Shown here: positions 26,551 to 40,616 of the stretch, piece after piece
Layout of the letters: every line of letters begins with the position of its first letter
How positions within the stretch are numbered: position 1 is the stretch's first letter
Assembly: GCF_964355755.1 (NCBI RefSeq)
Contig: NC_092677.1
Span: forward strand, 17,754,101 to 17,818,100
Reading direction: 5' to 3'
Origin: Antedon mediterranea
Lineage: Eukaryota > Animalia > Echinodermata
Length of the DNA: 64,000 nt
The notes under the pieces: generated by a model
Told to the model about the DNA's origin: nothing
What the model saw: only the letters and a program-made list of their open reading frames with translations
The model's database searches: none
Program-made: the position numbers and the translations under genes

Positions 26551-26760
26551 AACAAGAAATATTTCTTACAAAAAACGCCGCTCAACTTTTAAATTTACAA
26601 TTTCTTCAGATAAAATGGTTTATTATATCAATTATTTTTGTTTAACAATCAGTAGTTAACATTTTGTGTAAATATAGTCTGGCCTACTGTACAGAACAAA
26701 AATATAATCATAAACTAATAAACTGCAGAATATGTAGGCCTACATATTCCAGGGTAGGAG
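26551..26760 (-). mobile_element. HINE-like dispersed repeat family copy
   Basis: Same terminus, plus ACAATCAGTAGT-AACATTTTGT and TACATATTCCAGGGTAG blocks as in 12531-12760. Confidence 0.7.
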
Positions 26761-27149
26761 CATGGACCTATGTAAGCTAGCTAGCTAGGGATAACTATGC
26801 AACGATGTTAATTTTATTTTTATACATATTTTGTATCAATATCAAAATAAAGAAAGAATGATGAAAACCTTACTTGTAGTTTTCAAAATATAGGGTCCAA
26901 AATATCGCCGAAAATAGTCATTTAGGCACGAACGAAGTAAATAAATTAGGCAAATGTATTAAATTAAAAAATTATGGTTTTTAGTAATATAGTTTGTATA
27001 TCAAAATTCAATCAAATATGATATTACAACATGTTTATTAAATAAAAAAGAGCTGTTTATTAAATGAAAGAGAGCTGTTTATTTAACCTAATATTCAAAG
27101 AATTTAAAAACATTATTTTCCCGTGTGTTGGACATGCAGTTCTCTCAGT

Positions 27150-27382
27150 ACATCGTGACTTCACTTTGTTTTGATTCCCATCAAGTCAACCAATCAAAGG
27201 GCGAAAATCCAAAATCGTTCAACCGTGAGCCCTTATAGACGTTTTTTGGATCCATCAGCTTGGACCTCTCAATTAGTCAAGTTTACAAAATACCCAAAAA
27301 ATGTAACCCGCAGATGCTTTCCGCTTGATATAGCTTCTGAATGAGTAGTCCTCTAGGAATATAGCTGGCTAAAGCCGCGGTT
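27150..27382 (-). mobile_element. Unclassified dispersed repeat, copy 2
   Basis: Reverse-complement similarity to 6234-6505. Confidence 0.8.
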
Positions 27383-27881
27383 ACAGTCTTAGCTAAAGAC
27401 AGTAACAAATTGAGGGCACACTTTACGCTTAGAATATCAAATAAGGTAATGTTCTTCATGTTTCCATAATTCCACTAAGACTGTATATAGATTGCTTATA
27501 GCAATCTGCCCCAGACCTACCTTGTTTAAATTTGTTCAGTCCTAGCAAAAAATAGCAAATAAAAGATTTAATATTTATCATAATGCTTAAATCATGTATG
27601 CTGCCACCATTGTGTACATGTTACACAATAAACTTTTGTTTTCTTAAATTTCATTTCCCACATACAAACAGAATATATATTATAACACATCTGAATGTAC
27701 TATGCCGTTTTATTAGTTAATTTTGTATCATGTACTGTTCATTCCTTATTAGATTTACTGCACTGTGTTCAGCTTGTAAACATTTTGAGAATTTTGTTCA
27801 ACATGAGCCTGTGACATTTATTAAAGATGGAATCAATAGATTGATTAAAAGTTTAGTTCAGAACAGTAGGTGTGTTATAAA

Positions 27882-28193
27882 CAGGTCTAGATCTAGGATC
27901 TTTTGATAAAGAGGGCACGCCCGGAGATAGGCTCTGAGACGTTTTGGCCGGTTGATTCTTGTCATATAATTATCTGAATATAGTGGGTTTTCCTATTTAT
28001 ATACGAAACTGTTTTTCGTTTTTTTTTTCAATAGCGTAAAGCCTGTTTTCCTGACGACGATTTGCATTGAGTGGCGTTGAATTTTCAAATGGTTAAAGTT
28101 GAAAATAAATAACGGTGGTTTCTTGGTTCTTTAGAGCGTTGCTGGGATACAGAACGTGAAGTGATGCCGTTCCCCAACCAAAATCCGCCCCTG
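27882..28193. mobile_element. Degenerate hAT-like MITE containing a Harbinger MITE fragment
   Basis: CAGGTCTAGATCTAGGAT ... AAATCCGCCCCTG ends. 28040-28113 matches the reverse complement of the right end of 38666-39280. Confidence 0.45.
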
Positions 28194-29499
28194 ATAAAAC
28201 AAAGAATGTAATGTATTCGTTGAATGAAGAGAATATTATTATTCGTTGAAAGCTTGAGTTTCAAACAGTCAATCTCTCACGAAATTTTCTCTCAATCAAC
28301 TTATAAAAATTCTAAAAATAGTTATATAACAACATTTTTAAGTGATAATTTTAAAATTTGTACTTAAATTAAAGACATCAGTAACAAAAGCAGTTTTTTT
28401 AAAAATTATATTGTATATATGGATATCCCTCTGTTATGCGACAGTTTCTGCTTGTTGTTGGTTAGGACTTAAAAGTTGTAAACAAATGTTTATTTACCGG
28501 TTTAAATATTTAAAACAAAATTTAGGCCTAGTCTAAATTAAGATGAGGACTAATTCTAAAGTGTAAAGTGGTGAAAATAATTAACGATTAGTGCAAACAT
28601 AACTTACAAACCTTTGTTGTCAAGGTGACTAACGGTACACCAACACACAATGCAGGTGTGGAACTAAAACACAATATCAATCAAAGAAGGTGTTAAGATA
28701 CCGTTTGTCTCATAATTGGAAATCACAACAAAAACCTTCACAATAAAACTAATAAACATTGCGTTTGCTCGCTAAGTTAAAACAGTATGTCTTAAATAAA
28801 CTCCACAGCTGTGGTTGAAGAATAGTTAGTTGGGTGAAAATAAAACTAAAGAAATCATGTCTTCAAAACAGCTGTTACAGATGCCTAAAGGTTTCTCCTG
28901 GCCTAGGTTACTGATTAGAGCAACTCTTTCATGTTAACAACCAACAGTAAAATAAACTTTTGCTTATGGGGCTTATAAAGGTGAAAATTGATCAGATAAC
29001 AAACCCCATCAAGTAGCTCATATCTTAAAGTTTGTGTTTTTAAGATTCTTGGCTAAAGGAATCCAGCAAGGGTTGCCAGAGGAACTTCGCTTGGGTTGGC
29101 AGAATGAGTAGCTCCAAGGCTTAGATCTTCATCAAGCAGATGGGAACTGTTAATTCATTGCACAAATATACATATTATCTGTAAAATAAATCATACTAAA
29201 ACAACTACAGATATATTTACAGATGTATAAACAAAACTGTACAAATTAATGTCAATTTCAGTGGCAAAGTGGTCATTTGATCTAATTTGCTTTAGGGTAA
29301 CATTATGGTCGTGGGTTGAAGTCCATACTGTATTATAAGCCTACACAGTCTCTACACATAAGTGTCTATACGGTAAGCCTCTTTCACATGTGAGCTGTTA
29401 AAGTAATATAATGGTCATCTATGAACATTGACTTGTAAATTTTGGGGAATAACCTGTGACTTGTAGCCTAACTGCAGGTGTGGACATCACATACAATAA

Positions 29500-29740
29500 C
29501 TTTCTTCTCTCCTAAAGGTCCCATTGTGTCGAGTGCTGCCACCAAACGGCGCTCGTCTGTCCACAATGACAGGGATGAATGGACCAGTACTACCGGAGCA
29601 ACCTGCTACTCTTTAGAGTTCCCACAAGCCAGATGTGTACACTGGGCCTCCAGTTTTAAGTCCTATCTGCTGAGAAGACTTGTTCTACCACCAGAACAAT
29701 GGTCAAGGAGTGACTTAAACCCTATGGTTTGAGGATCCCC
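29500..29740 (-). mobile_element. Older tRNA/Deu-like SINE fragment
   Basis: Minus strand GGGTTTAAGTC...GTGGTAGAACAAGTCTTCTCAGCAGATAGGACTTAAAACTGGAGGCCCAGTGTACAC...AAGAGTAG, similar to 63045-63140 and to the Deu body of 8285-8722. Confidence 0.55.
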
Positions 29741-32039
29741 TGTCTTATATACCGAACACCAAATGTTCTTTAAGAAACAAAAGAATATAATAAGATAAAA
29801 GTTCCATTACATTTTTGAATGATGGTATAAATATTTTAATATTGAAATACTTCAGTATCAATTTTTTTATGATTTGAAAAAATATTTTATCTGAATTAAT
29901 TTAATTTTCTTACTGTAGAATATAGAGTACTTTTGTGTGTGTTCGCCCCAGATCGCAACAAATTTAAACCCATGAACTTAAAAACATATAGTCCAATTTT
30001 CTATTTGTTGAAAAGCGTACATTTTCACATTGCATGGGTCTATTTAAAACGTTTGCTTGCTTTTAACAAATACCTAATGGGTTTCAAACTATTATTATTG
30101 TCTCGCAACAAAAATCAGCGTATATTTGTAGAGTGTCTGTAAATAGTGAAATTGTACCATACAAATAGGCCATTTGTCACAACAAAGATGATAAGATCTA
30201 GTTATAATGGTATAAGAATCGGTGAGTAGCCTTAGTGTAACTAAGCATTCTTATAACAGACAAGTATTTAACTAACCCTACGGTACGGCAGGCATCTGTT
30301 ACCGTTAGTGTTTGATCATTTCCCCAAACATTCTCCGTAGAATTCCTTGGAGGCTGGTTAGCTCAGCAAAACAGTTCAAACCACCACACAAGGGAAATTT
30401 GACTTTGTGAATTACAATAATAGACTTTCTTTTCTTTTCTAATCATGGCGAAGGACTTAAGGCAAAGTGTACTCACTGGTGTCACAAAGTTTGCTTACAT
30501 ACATACAAACTCTCAAAGGGTTTTCAACACTTTAATTATACAAGTAATGTAATCTGCTCCATGTCCCACGGCCAATAATTTATTGTAAAATAATGATATA
30601 TGATTGTAAATAAACCTTTTTCAAATTTAACTGAGGTGATATGCCTATTGTATCCTTGCATTCTAACGAGACAATAAGAAAGTAAATCTGAGGTCTTGGC
30701 TCATACTTTAGTTTACAATGCTTCAGAAACTCTTCTAGAAAAATTGTCTACATGTGAAATCACTCAGGATTTTATTTCTTGAATATAACTTTAAACTTAT
30801 TTAAATGCTATATTGTTTTCAATTGTACATAGTGAAAACATTTCAATTGGGCATAAGAAGAGCAGTCAAGAAGTGTGGTTTATTTGTCTAATTTAAGATT
30901 TTCTTTACACCAGAAATACAATTGAAACATCACCTTAGGGTTTGAGGCCTCACGGGGCTGGCTATGTTTACATATGCATCATGCAAACCTTACTTTAACA
31001 AGAATTGTAACACGATAAACACACCCTAACAAGTAAACCTTTATTCACTGTTGCGTTTGTTGAAAAATACCACTCAAAATGAACAATATATTCATATCCC
31101 TACAGCGAAAACAGAATCAACATACAGCATGAGAACAGCCCTAAGAAACATGAGCGATGACCTACCTGACACGTTTATACTGACCCCACACATAACCCTA
31201 GCATAGTTTTAATGACCTGCAAGTGAAACAGCAAACTTTAGAGAATCTAAAAATTGTCAATAATCTCAAATCCATGTTCTAATCAATTATGACATTCTTG
31301 TCAGAAATCATTCTCAAAGCTTCCGAAATTTAGCGCCGCAGCCGATAAATTTAGCTGCAGACATTCTACGCACCTGTACTGTTTGTTATTCACGTCATTT
31401 TTAAAGACTTTTTCGTAAATAATTTTGCTCACAGTAAGGTGCCCAATATCTCTTAGTTAGATTTCCTTTCATTTGCATTAACTATATGTCAAATACGATG
31501 GAAAGCAGAGTGATAACAACGTTTAACCAATTTAAATCATAAAAACAGGGGTGAAATTATATAGGTAAAGTTATAAATTGCGTGGAAATGACTGACATAT
31601 TAAATTGTCTTTACAGCCGTAGGGAAGTGAGATATACCATGACCCTTTACTAAATATCACATTTATTTCCAAAGTGGGTACAAAGTTGCACCCCTCAACC
31701 CAGACTGATAAGTAATAATTTCGTTTCGCAAATACTTTTATTTAATCGGGGGAAAACAACAATTTTTAAATAATCTCAGGGGGTTAAAATGAATAACTAT
31801 CTAATTGAGAGAAATATAAACACCTGTGCATTTGGGGAAGGGGATAAACAGAACATTTTTGATGAACATATGAATGTGTGAGATATAAGTCAATGTCTAC
31901 TAGGGATAGGAATGGGTGTCAAAATGGGGGGTATGCGGGCGACAAAAAGGAAGAGTGCCTGCAGCATAGTGAAGATGTCATGGGCAATTACTTATTATGT
32001 CTATTCAATTAATTTAATTTCCTTATGACAGCAGGAGTT

Positions 32040-32490
32040 GTGTGTAATGGGGTTGTCAGCTTCTCCCCCTTCCCCTCCCATAACTAGTAGTACCTTTTCT
32101 TAAAAACATATTCACAAAGATATCTTTGTAGCCTATATGTAATGGCATCTCTCCCTTATCGGTTCTGAATGTAAGGGGTTAATTATCAGCCTCCTCGTTC
32201 CTAGTTTTGCTTCACATATTTACAAAGACATTTTTGTCATCTATACTTATGGTATTTCTCCACTCCCTTTCCGATTTTGAGTGTAAAGAGCTATCAGCCT
32301 TCCCCTTCCTCTTCTCCTTTTTTTTCAATTTGTAGTCTATACTTTGTGTGAAATGGCATTTCCTTACTCCCTTTTTGATTTTGAGTGTAATGTGATGGTT
32401 GTCAGTTTCTCCTCCTTTCCCTTCCACAACTAGCAGTACCTTTTCTTCACATATTTACAAGGGCAGTATTTTAGACTTTGTGTAAATCTC
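32040..32490. repeat. Degenerate tandem repeat, about 4 units of 110-135 bp
   Basis: Recurrent GTGTAA...TCAGC...CCCTTCC...ACTAG.AGTACCTTTTCTT...ACATATTTACAA blocks. Confidence 0.7.
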
Positions 32491-33849
32491 ATTTGTTCCC
32501 TTCTAACTTTGCTCTTTAAAATCTACTAAATTATCTTTATAGGCCTACTCACTGACTACAACACAAAATATGATATGATCCAGGTTTTTTAAAAATATCA
32601 AGGGATTTGATGATATATAAAGTAATACTTTTTTAAAAATCAATTCTGATTTTCAAATTAGAGGTCATACTTAAATGTGACCTTGGTTAAATTTGTGGAG
32701 ATACTTTTTCTGTTGTTCTATGTGGAACTCTTTTCCTGTAGATGTGGTGCTTTTTCAGTCCATAAAATAAATTATTTAAAAGCAAACTAAAGTTTGCGCC
32801 ATATGTGGAGATTTATTCATATTCAAAAGGGGCTTTTAAGGACATATTTCTTTTCCTCAACTCCCGCTTTTTAGCAGAAACAAGTAAATAAGTAAACGTA
32901 ATAAGTAAAATACATACAACATTCTCAACGATATAAATTGTTTATTTGTAAGTTAACATTCACCATTGCTCACTTTTTGTGATACAACTGTATTATCATA
33001 GAGAATGTGTGTTCCAAGAGGTCAAATCATGCCCTCTACAAATTCTTATTCCCACCCATATTCCATGACAGTCCTACAATATTTTTTTTATATGAGTTGA
33101 AGGGTCTACATCAATGTTTCTATTTACACCTAAAGCCTAATTTTCATTGAAAGCATCTGCAGCTTATACATGCATTATTTATCTTTCAAATTCCTTTCTG
33201 CAACGACTTCTAGTTCCTCAAGTTTTTTGCTTCGGCAAAATTGGTAGTTGGAATTGTTTATACTTTTTGTGAAGCGAAAATTGTGCAACCATTCATAGGT
33301 GAAGAAATAATTCATGACGTCATGAATAAATTCAACTAGTGGAAAACAGGCTTTATACTTCACAACATGTGCAAAAATAAATAAATTATAGTGTAAAATA
33401 TTAATTTAGAATAAAACCATCACACATTACAATGTACCATCATCACAGTTTATAATAAATTGATTTTGACTGAAATTATCTTAAAAGTCTAGCAAACATT
33501 GAACTAATTAGGTAGTAATCTTAATGATAAAGAGTTAAAGGTTAGGTAAACAGTGTTGATTGGTGAGGCCATCTTCTGCTCCAAGCCCTGCTTTTGGGTA
33601 TTGCAATTGAATGTTTACGCTCCCAATTAAAATATCTTGGATAAATATTGTACTGATTATATATACATACATATAGCGAACATACTAACATTGTTCTTAT
33701 GGTACATTTACAAGCTAAAAGAAGATTAAATTTCTAGAAAAGAAAAATAGACATACCGTACTGAAAGTGCAATTTAACTATAGGTCTATGAAAAAAAATG
33801 AAATTTTTACTTCGCTGTGAATTGAAAACTATTTGAAAAAAAAATTTTT

Positions 33850-34152
33850 TTTTAATGTTTTTGCTGAATATGCCATTTTAATGTCACATAATAGTTATTC
33901 ACTCTGACCAAAAATTTGATTGAAAACAAATTATTTACGTAAAAAAAACCAGTAATTTAAAGCGAAAAAATGGTCAAATTGACTGGACGTAAATATGTTT
34001 TTGGTTAATTTAACCATTTATTTTGTCTTTTTATAGGTGAAAACATTTTTTTCTGCAGAAATAATTAACTTTTTTAAAATCACAAAATATCCTATTCAAA
34101 GTTTGATTTTATTTACCTTTATTTTCATGTTTTTGGGGGAACAATACTTTAA
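33850..34152. mobile_element. TTAA MITE family copy (opposite orientation)
   Basis: Reverse-complement similarity to 53258-53593; ends TTTTTGGGGGAACAATACTTTAA. Confidence 0.75.
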
Positions 34153-34259
34153 TCAAACATGGTATAAATAAACTTTTGTCAGAAAAATATTTTATGTTAT
34201 GCATAATTAGTACTAAGCGGATCCAAGACTCACTAGATGTTAGTGGTTTAACGTTTAAC

Positions 34260-34900
34260 GAATACATTTTAAAGGAGTGAACCTAAAATTCAAAGCAAGA
34301 ACCAATAACTTAGATTTAGAAGGCAGAAAGCGATTATGGTCAGATTCCTACTCAGGCCATTGTCTCATTTGTAAAAGTAATTCAATAGAAACAATTGATC
34401 ATTTCTTGTTTGATTGTGTAAATTTATCCTCCATAAGAAATACTTGTTTTAATGAATTGAAAAGTGACTTATGTACAATTAATGAACATTACTGGGACAT
34501 TTTTATTAATGGTTCAACAGAATTTAAGCATCACTTATTATTAGACGACATATAACTTGTATCAAGATAAATCAATTTGCTCCATTTTTGACAATAAAAG
34601 TAAATCATTTTTAATTAAAGCTATGTCACATAGGACTGAAATATTGAAAAACATTTCTACCCCTTAATATGATTTTTTTTTCTTTTCTCTTTCTTTTTTA
34701 CTGTTAACAAGTCAGTAGAATTTGTGCTGCTTGATATTATGTAATTGTGTACCATTATTAACTTTTTGTACCTGCATATATATATATATATTGTAATAAC
34801 TGTATGAATTTATTTTGTAAACATTTTGTATGGGTCAAACCTCTTGTTACGAGAGTGTTCCTCCGTTTTAAAGGAGAGTAACCAATACATTATTATTAAT
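34260..34900 (+). mobile_element. 5'-truncated non-LTR retrotransposon (RTEX-like): ORF2 C-terminus and 3' UTR
   Basis: LKFKARTNNLDLEGRK...CLICKSNSIETIDHFLFDC..IR is a CCHC zinc knuckle typical of LINE ORF2 C-termini; (ATT)n tail near 34890. The clade is inferred. Confidence 0.8.
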
Positions 34901-37900
34901 ATATTAACGTAATGAATTATATACAGATGGGTCTTAATATAATTTTTGTATATTCGATATAATCATAAAATTGGAGATTTATCAATATCACGACATTGAT
35001 TCATTTCATTCTGTTCTAGTGTATTTGTTCTATGAGTATGATATATTTCTTCCATATTTTAACTTTCTTTATTTAATTTAATTGAATCAAATTGAAAATA
35101 ACTAGGTAGCAACCATCAAAATGTAATCATAATTGTCTTCTACCACATGTAGCACCATCACATTATTGTCAATATTTTTTTAGAGTGCATTTATTACTTT
35201 TAAAGATCTGCACAACACAGTCTTAAAGTATGCATCCACCATGTGTATATGTAAAAAATAAAGAAGAATTGATTGATTGAATCTCAACTTCAATTGTTTT
35301 AAGTAACTTAACATATTTAAACTTTGAATAGTAATTAAATTGTGCAAACATTTTCTGTTTTTCTACGTCTTAATTTAAATTCTTTGATGAATTGCTTTCT
35401 ACTAACATAGTGTTTCAGTGCAATCTTACAATACAATAAAGTGATGGAATTTATCTATAATTAATTATCTTCTGAAATCACCACTAATGATGTGACACCC
35501 ATGGCATCAGGTAACAATCTTCAGGTGATAGGATCAAAGCATAAGTACACTACAAACAAACAGGAGCCAAATCAGCGCCAACAAACAATATAGCCACAAG
35601 CAGAAGATAATGACCTCAGTGCATTTGGTTTTGAATTCTAGAAGAAAATAATATATCCCTAGATTTTATTTAGCAACATGTCAATTAATTTGTAAACTGG
35701 TATCTTGTATCGTATGCAACACTGGTATTACCGTGATTGTACTGGGTCACAGACTCAGATTTCATTTATACTAATACCACAAAATAATTAAGTTGCAAAG
35801 TAAAAATAGGCTAATCTGCATCTTATTTTAAAAAATGAAACAGTATTGTATACTGTCTTGCGAAATTGTTACTTTGAATAGAACACTATTACGGTACTGT
35901 ACATAAAATTCACTAGGGAGATGAAAACAATTCTTCTCTCCAAATTGATCCTCTTCCAAATGTTTCTCCAAAGAGAAATAACCACTTGATAACCCTAGAA
36001 TGACTATCCTCATATTGTCTCGTTGCTGAATTAATTGTCTTTTTTGGTTTACAAATCATGGAAGACCCAGTTTCTCGCTGAAACATTGATGGTTCTTCTA
36101 ATTTTGTTCTCTTAATAATCAACTCCATCACATCAAAAGTGGATGCATCACAGAAGCAAAATGAACATATTAATCCATGTGTGTTTAAAAACAAAATAGC
36201 CAAAGAAAAAATTAAAGAAAAAATTTGTGTCTTTAAATGAAAAAAAAATCAGTAGAATTCCTCATTACAGATATCCCTATTCAGTAGACACACATATGAA
36301 AGGGTACTTCTGTAAAACAAACAATGGGAAAAATTATTTAAATCTAATATGATGCTTGAATATACCATTATATAATAATTACAATAAAAAGAACCATTTA
36401 ATTAAACCAATTATTTAGTTTATGCTCCATTAGGCAAACACCACTAATTTTGTAATTATTATGATATAATATGATTTGTAAAGTTTAAAGTTCTACAACA
36501 AAGTTATATAAACAAGCAAAGATGACTAGCTATTTTTAAATTAATAACATGACCTGGTTTCTGTCTCATACACCATGCACTTTTTAACCTTATAAATTTG
36601 GGAAAACAATTTAAATATGGAAAGGATCAAACAGAGTGTAATTAGGAATTTTTATTTGGTTAATTAATTAAAAGGTTCAATTAGTCTGTTTGTTGTTATA
36701 CTAAATTAACATATGCAGTGATTGTGTTTACTTGTAAATGGTTGATAAAATCAGGTTTATTTACAATCTGTTTAAATTGGTGTAACTTCTAAATTTACTC
36801 ATTATAAGATTCAAATTATGCTACAGAAACCTCAGTTCTGATTAATTCCCCTCTTCTCACCTTACTAGTTTTTTTCTATCAATCATCGTAGCACAATTAA
36901 TTGTGTGGTCTTTGAATCTTTGTAGAGGTTCAGAAGATTTTCGTCGTCAAACATGTTTGAACACGTGTTAATGCCCTGGTAGTTATGTGCAAGTACGTTT
37001 GCTTAAGACTATCTGTCAATTGAGTTGGTTATGTCTAGCAGATCAAGTGCTATATTTAAGTATAGCTATCAGGCGTTTTAAGTCAATACTTATTCTTTTA
37101 CTATTTTCTTCTTCTATAGTGGTTATTGTATTCAAAGTCACTTGATAATCGAGTTCATCTATAGAGCTGAATGCGAACTGAAGTATCAGAATAAGGAGCT
37201 AAAAGTAGACAATCTTGAGCAATTCTACCACGAACAATGCTTTTGTTGTGCGTCTATTAAACTACAAACATAACCTGGCAGGGACTACTAGGGTGCAGGG
37301 TATCAGACATAAAGCACTGGTACACTGGGTACACATCATACAATACATCAAAAAGGACACCGACAAAACGTATCTTACAAGACACACCGATGGTTAAAAA
37401 TGCTTGATCAACATGAACTACATTTTTAAGGACTTTCAACATTAAATACAACATCTAACAAGACTTTCTGACTACAGAATCTTGTTGACTCCAAACTTAA
37501 TATTTACTGAACAATTTTTCATAAAGAAAAACTGACGATGTAATATAATGTATCATTGACATGTTTGGACAGTATGAATGATGTTCTTGTGGTAATGTTT
37601 TATTTTGTAATAACATCATTTTTCTTCTTAAAGTGAAAAACATTCAATGAAAATACATTAATGAAGTTGCAATCTTATGGGGAGAAGCATGTTATGGGGT
37701 AGCTGCTTATTTACCCAGTTCTCTGTTATTTACTAATATAGTGGGCCTAGTATCATTTTCATACTGTTTTTCATAAAAGACGTCAGAGTGCATCCATCAA
37801 TCAATGTGAATTAAGAATATTTAAATGTTTATTTGTGAATTTATTTGCACACAGCTTAGGAATGTTCAATGTGTGCACAAATCATTTTTCAATAAATTTG

Positions 37901-38665
37901 CATGAATTGTTCCTCAGATCCCGCAATTAAAGTGCGGGACAAACATTTGTCAACAGGGTTTAACTTGAATTTAAATATAGAATTTGGTTAGCATGTAAAT
38001 TCTAGCTTTGAACAACATTAAATGTGTAGAACCAACCAATCATCTATTGAAACAAATTTAACTAAAACAAGTAGAAAAGTAAAAGTTAGTGTTTCCCAAT
38101 TCGAAAGAAATCAGGGCACACCAACATCAAATCATAGAAGTAAATTAGAAAAAAACCACTAGGGTTCCATAAACGGGCCCTTAAGAATCATTTTAGTTGC
38201 AAAGGAAGATACATTTGTTTTTCTATCAATCGCACGACTTCAAACAGATTGTTTAATGTACTGAGAAGTAACCAGGGAAAATATAAATGTATATTCTAAT
38301 GAAAAGTTATTCATTATTTTGAAAAGACAATTTAAAATTAGAAATAGACCTACTTTACATTTTGTAAGAATTGTGAAGACCTCTTTCCTTTTAAACCCCA
38401 ACTTGAAATTTGCAAACCAAACTATGATTTTTTAATGAAAAAAAAAACCCATATGAAAATTCAACAAAGTATTGTATATTATTAATATCAATAGAATATT
38501 TATTTAGTAGACAAATACCCTTTTCACATCTCCATAAATTTGTACAAGTTGTAACAACTTAATTATTAATTTCATGTTTTCATAGATACACATACACGAA
38601 CCCTGACAAATCTCTTAAGGAAAGCGTAGTTGTGTGCTATTTTATTACTATGATTGGCCTGTTTA

Positions 38666-39280
38666 AGCCTGTTTTCCTGTCAACGTAACGTTACGGCGAG
38701 TTGCGTTAAATTGCGTTGAATTGACAGGATTCAACGATTTTACAGAAAAGAGGGTAAAAATCAATGTTAAAAATCGTTGAAATGTGTAATCGTTAAAGTT
38801 GAACCGAAACGTTACGACTGAAACGTTATGATCGTTAAAACTGACCAATCAAACGATTCACAAATTACGTCATTGCAGTTTGTGAAAAAATAGGTACGCG
38901 CTGACAATTCTTGAAATTTTACAACGCGATGATGTTTTTTGTATACTTTTAAGGTCTGAAATTAAAAAAAAAAAATGTTGTCTTTAGAAGAAAAAAAATG
39001 TTTGTCTTTAGTGTATGCATAGATTAAGATATCAGCGAAAAAATGTCCTAGGCTGGCTTGAAGCATCAAAACCTATAACTTTTTCAATTTCCACACTTTA
39101 CGTCCGCATGTTCCAGCAATTCTTGAGAGAACCAAAAAACTATGAACAGTCGCATAAAAATGTGTATGTACGGTATTAGTGGTCCGGCTCGATCATCATT
39201 ATCATTATTTATTTTTCAATTGAACGATTTGAAAATTCAATGCAACTCGTCATAACATTACGTCGACAGAAAAACAGGCT
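38666..39280. mobile_element. PIF/Harbinger MITE
   Basis: TIRs AGCCTGTTTTCCTGTCAACGTAACGTTA and TAACATTACGTCGACAGAAAAACAGGCT; TTA duplication at 38663-38665 and 39281-39283. Confidence 0.88.
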
Positions 39281-40469
39281 TTAATACCAGGCAATACATG
39301 TACACGCATTAAGAACTGAAATTTTAAATCTGCAAATTTATCAAGTCAATTATAAATGTAAAATATCAATGAAAAATTATAAATAAAAACAATAAAGAAA
39401 CTATAAATGCAATGAAGTAAATTAGTAAGGTAAGGGGTGCAAAAGATACCAGGAGTAAACCAGCCCTCGTCCTATGGGTGCTGGCTTGGAATACCATATT
39501 TTTATTATTCCTAGTGCATTTTATTATTAATAATTGCTATTATTATATAAATGAAAGTAATATTAAACATTATAAATAAATAACAAAAAGAAAGTAAGCA
39601 AGTGATTTGAAAAATTAAATTACTCGTGATGACTTCGCTTTGCTAATGTTTTCTCCAATAATGGTATGGGTAGATATATTGATTGTCTATGCATCATAAT
39701 TCCATGGCAATCAAATAAGGAAGGTTTTGATTTAAAAATCAATTTGTTAGAAGGGACAAGAAAACACCTTGTCAACTAAATCCATTACATCTGTCAACAA
39801 GCTATAGGAAAGTGCTAAGGTACACAAACCAACTTGATTAACAGCAAATTACAATCCCAAAAATTGTTCCTCGCATTCATGTTTATTAAACACTGCAGGC
39901 TTCGTTCACGATAGCTTAATAAGATTATACTTGCTGGAAATGAGGTTGATGAAATTAACAAGCATTTTCTTTCAATCATTCTCTCGTTTTGATTGAATAC
40001 TGAAGTATAGGGTTACATGCCATTTCATAAGATACGTTCAGTAAAGAAAGTGAAATAATATAATTAGATAAAGTGCGTAGTGCTTGATTGGTAATATTAC
40101 TGTTTTGTTAACAGAAGCCAACTACATGAGTAATGACCTAATTGTCGTTCTTCTAATATTCAAAATACATTTAAAACCATTTAGACAAAACTCTCTCAAA
40201 ACTGGATATTTTCAGGCAGCCCAGTCTTTACAATGCCTTCTAATTGGAAACAACTTGGACTTCCAATTAAAGACCATTTCAAATAAAGCATCCTTCAATT
40301 AGAATAGTGAACACAATGTATAACAAAATTCTCTTAAATTACGGTACTCTTAAAACTGCTAAATAAGTATGGAAGTATTTTATCCTTTATTTAGTAGGCC
40401 AATTTACAAGAACGTTAAATTTAAATAAGAATTGTATAAAACAATATGAATTACTTCAAATACTATTAA

Positions 40470-40616
40470 AGATGTATTGTCCCCCTGAAAAATAATTCTT
40501 AACCAAATTTTTGTTGGATATTCCATTTTAATGTAACATAATAGTTATCCACTTTGACCAAAAGTTGGATTAAAAAAAAAATGTATTTACCTGAAAAATG
40601 TAATTTAAAGCAAAAA
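40470..40616. mobile_element. TTAA MITE family, single-end fragment
   Basis: ttaa|AGATGTATTGTCCCCCTGAAAAATAATT matches the reverse complement of the 53593 end. Confidence 0.75.

Noticed and set aside
35913-36203. 96-aa minus-strand ORF
   Set aside because: No recognisable domain or convincing splice boundaries; it cannot be fully excluded without expression data.
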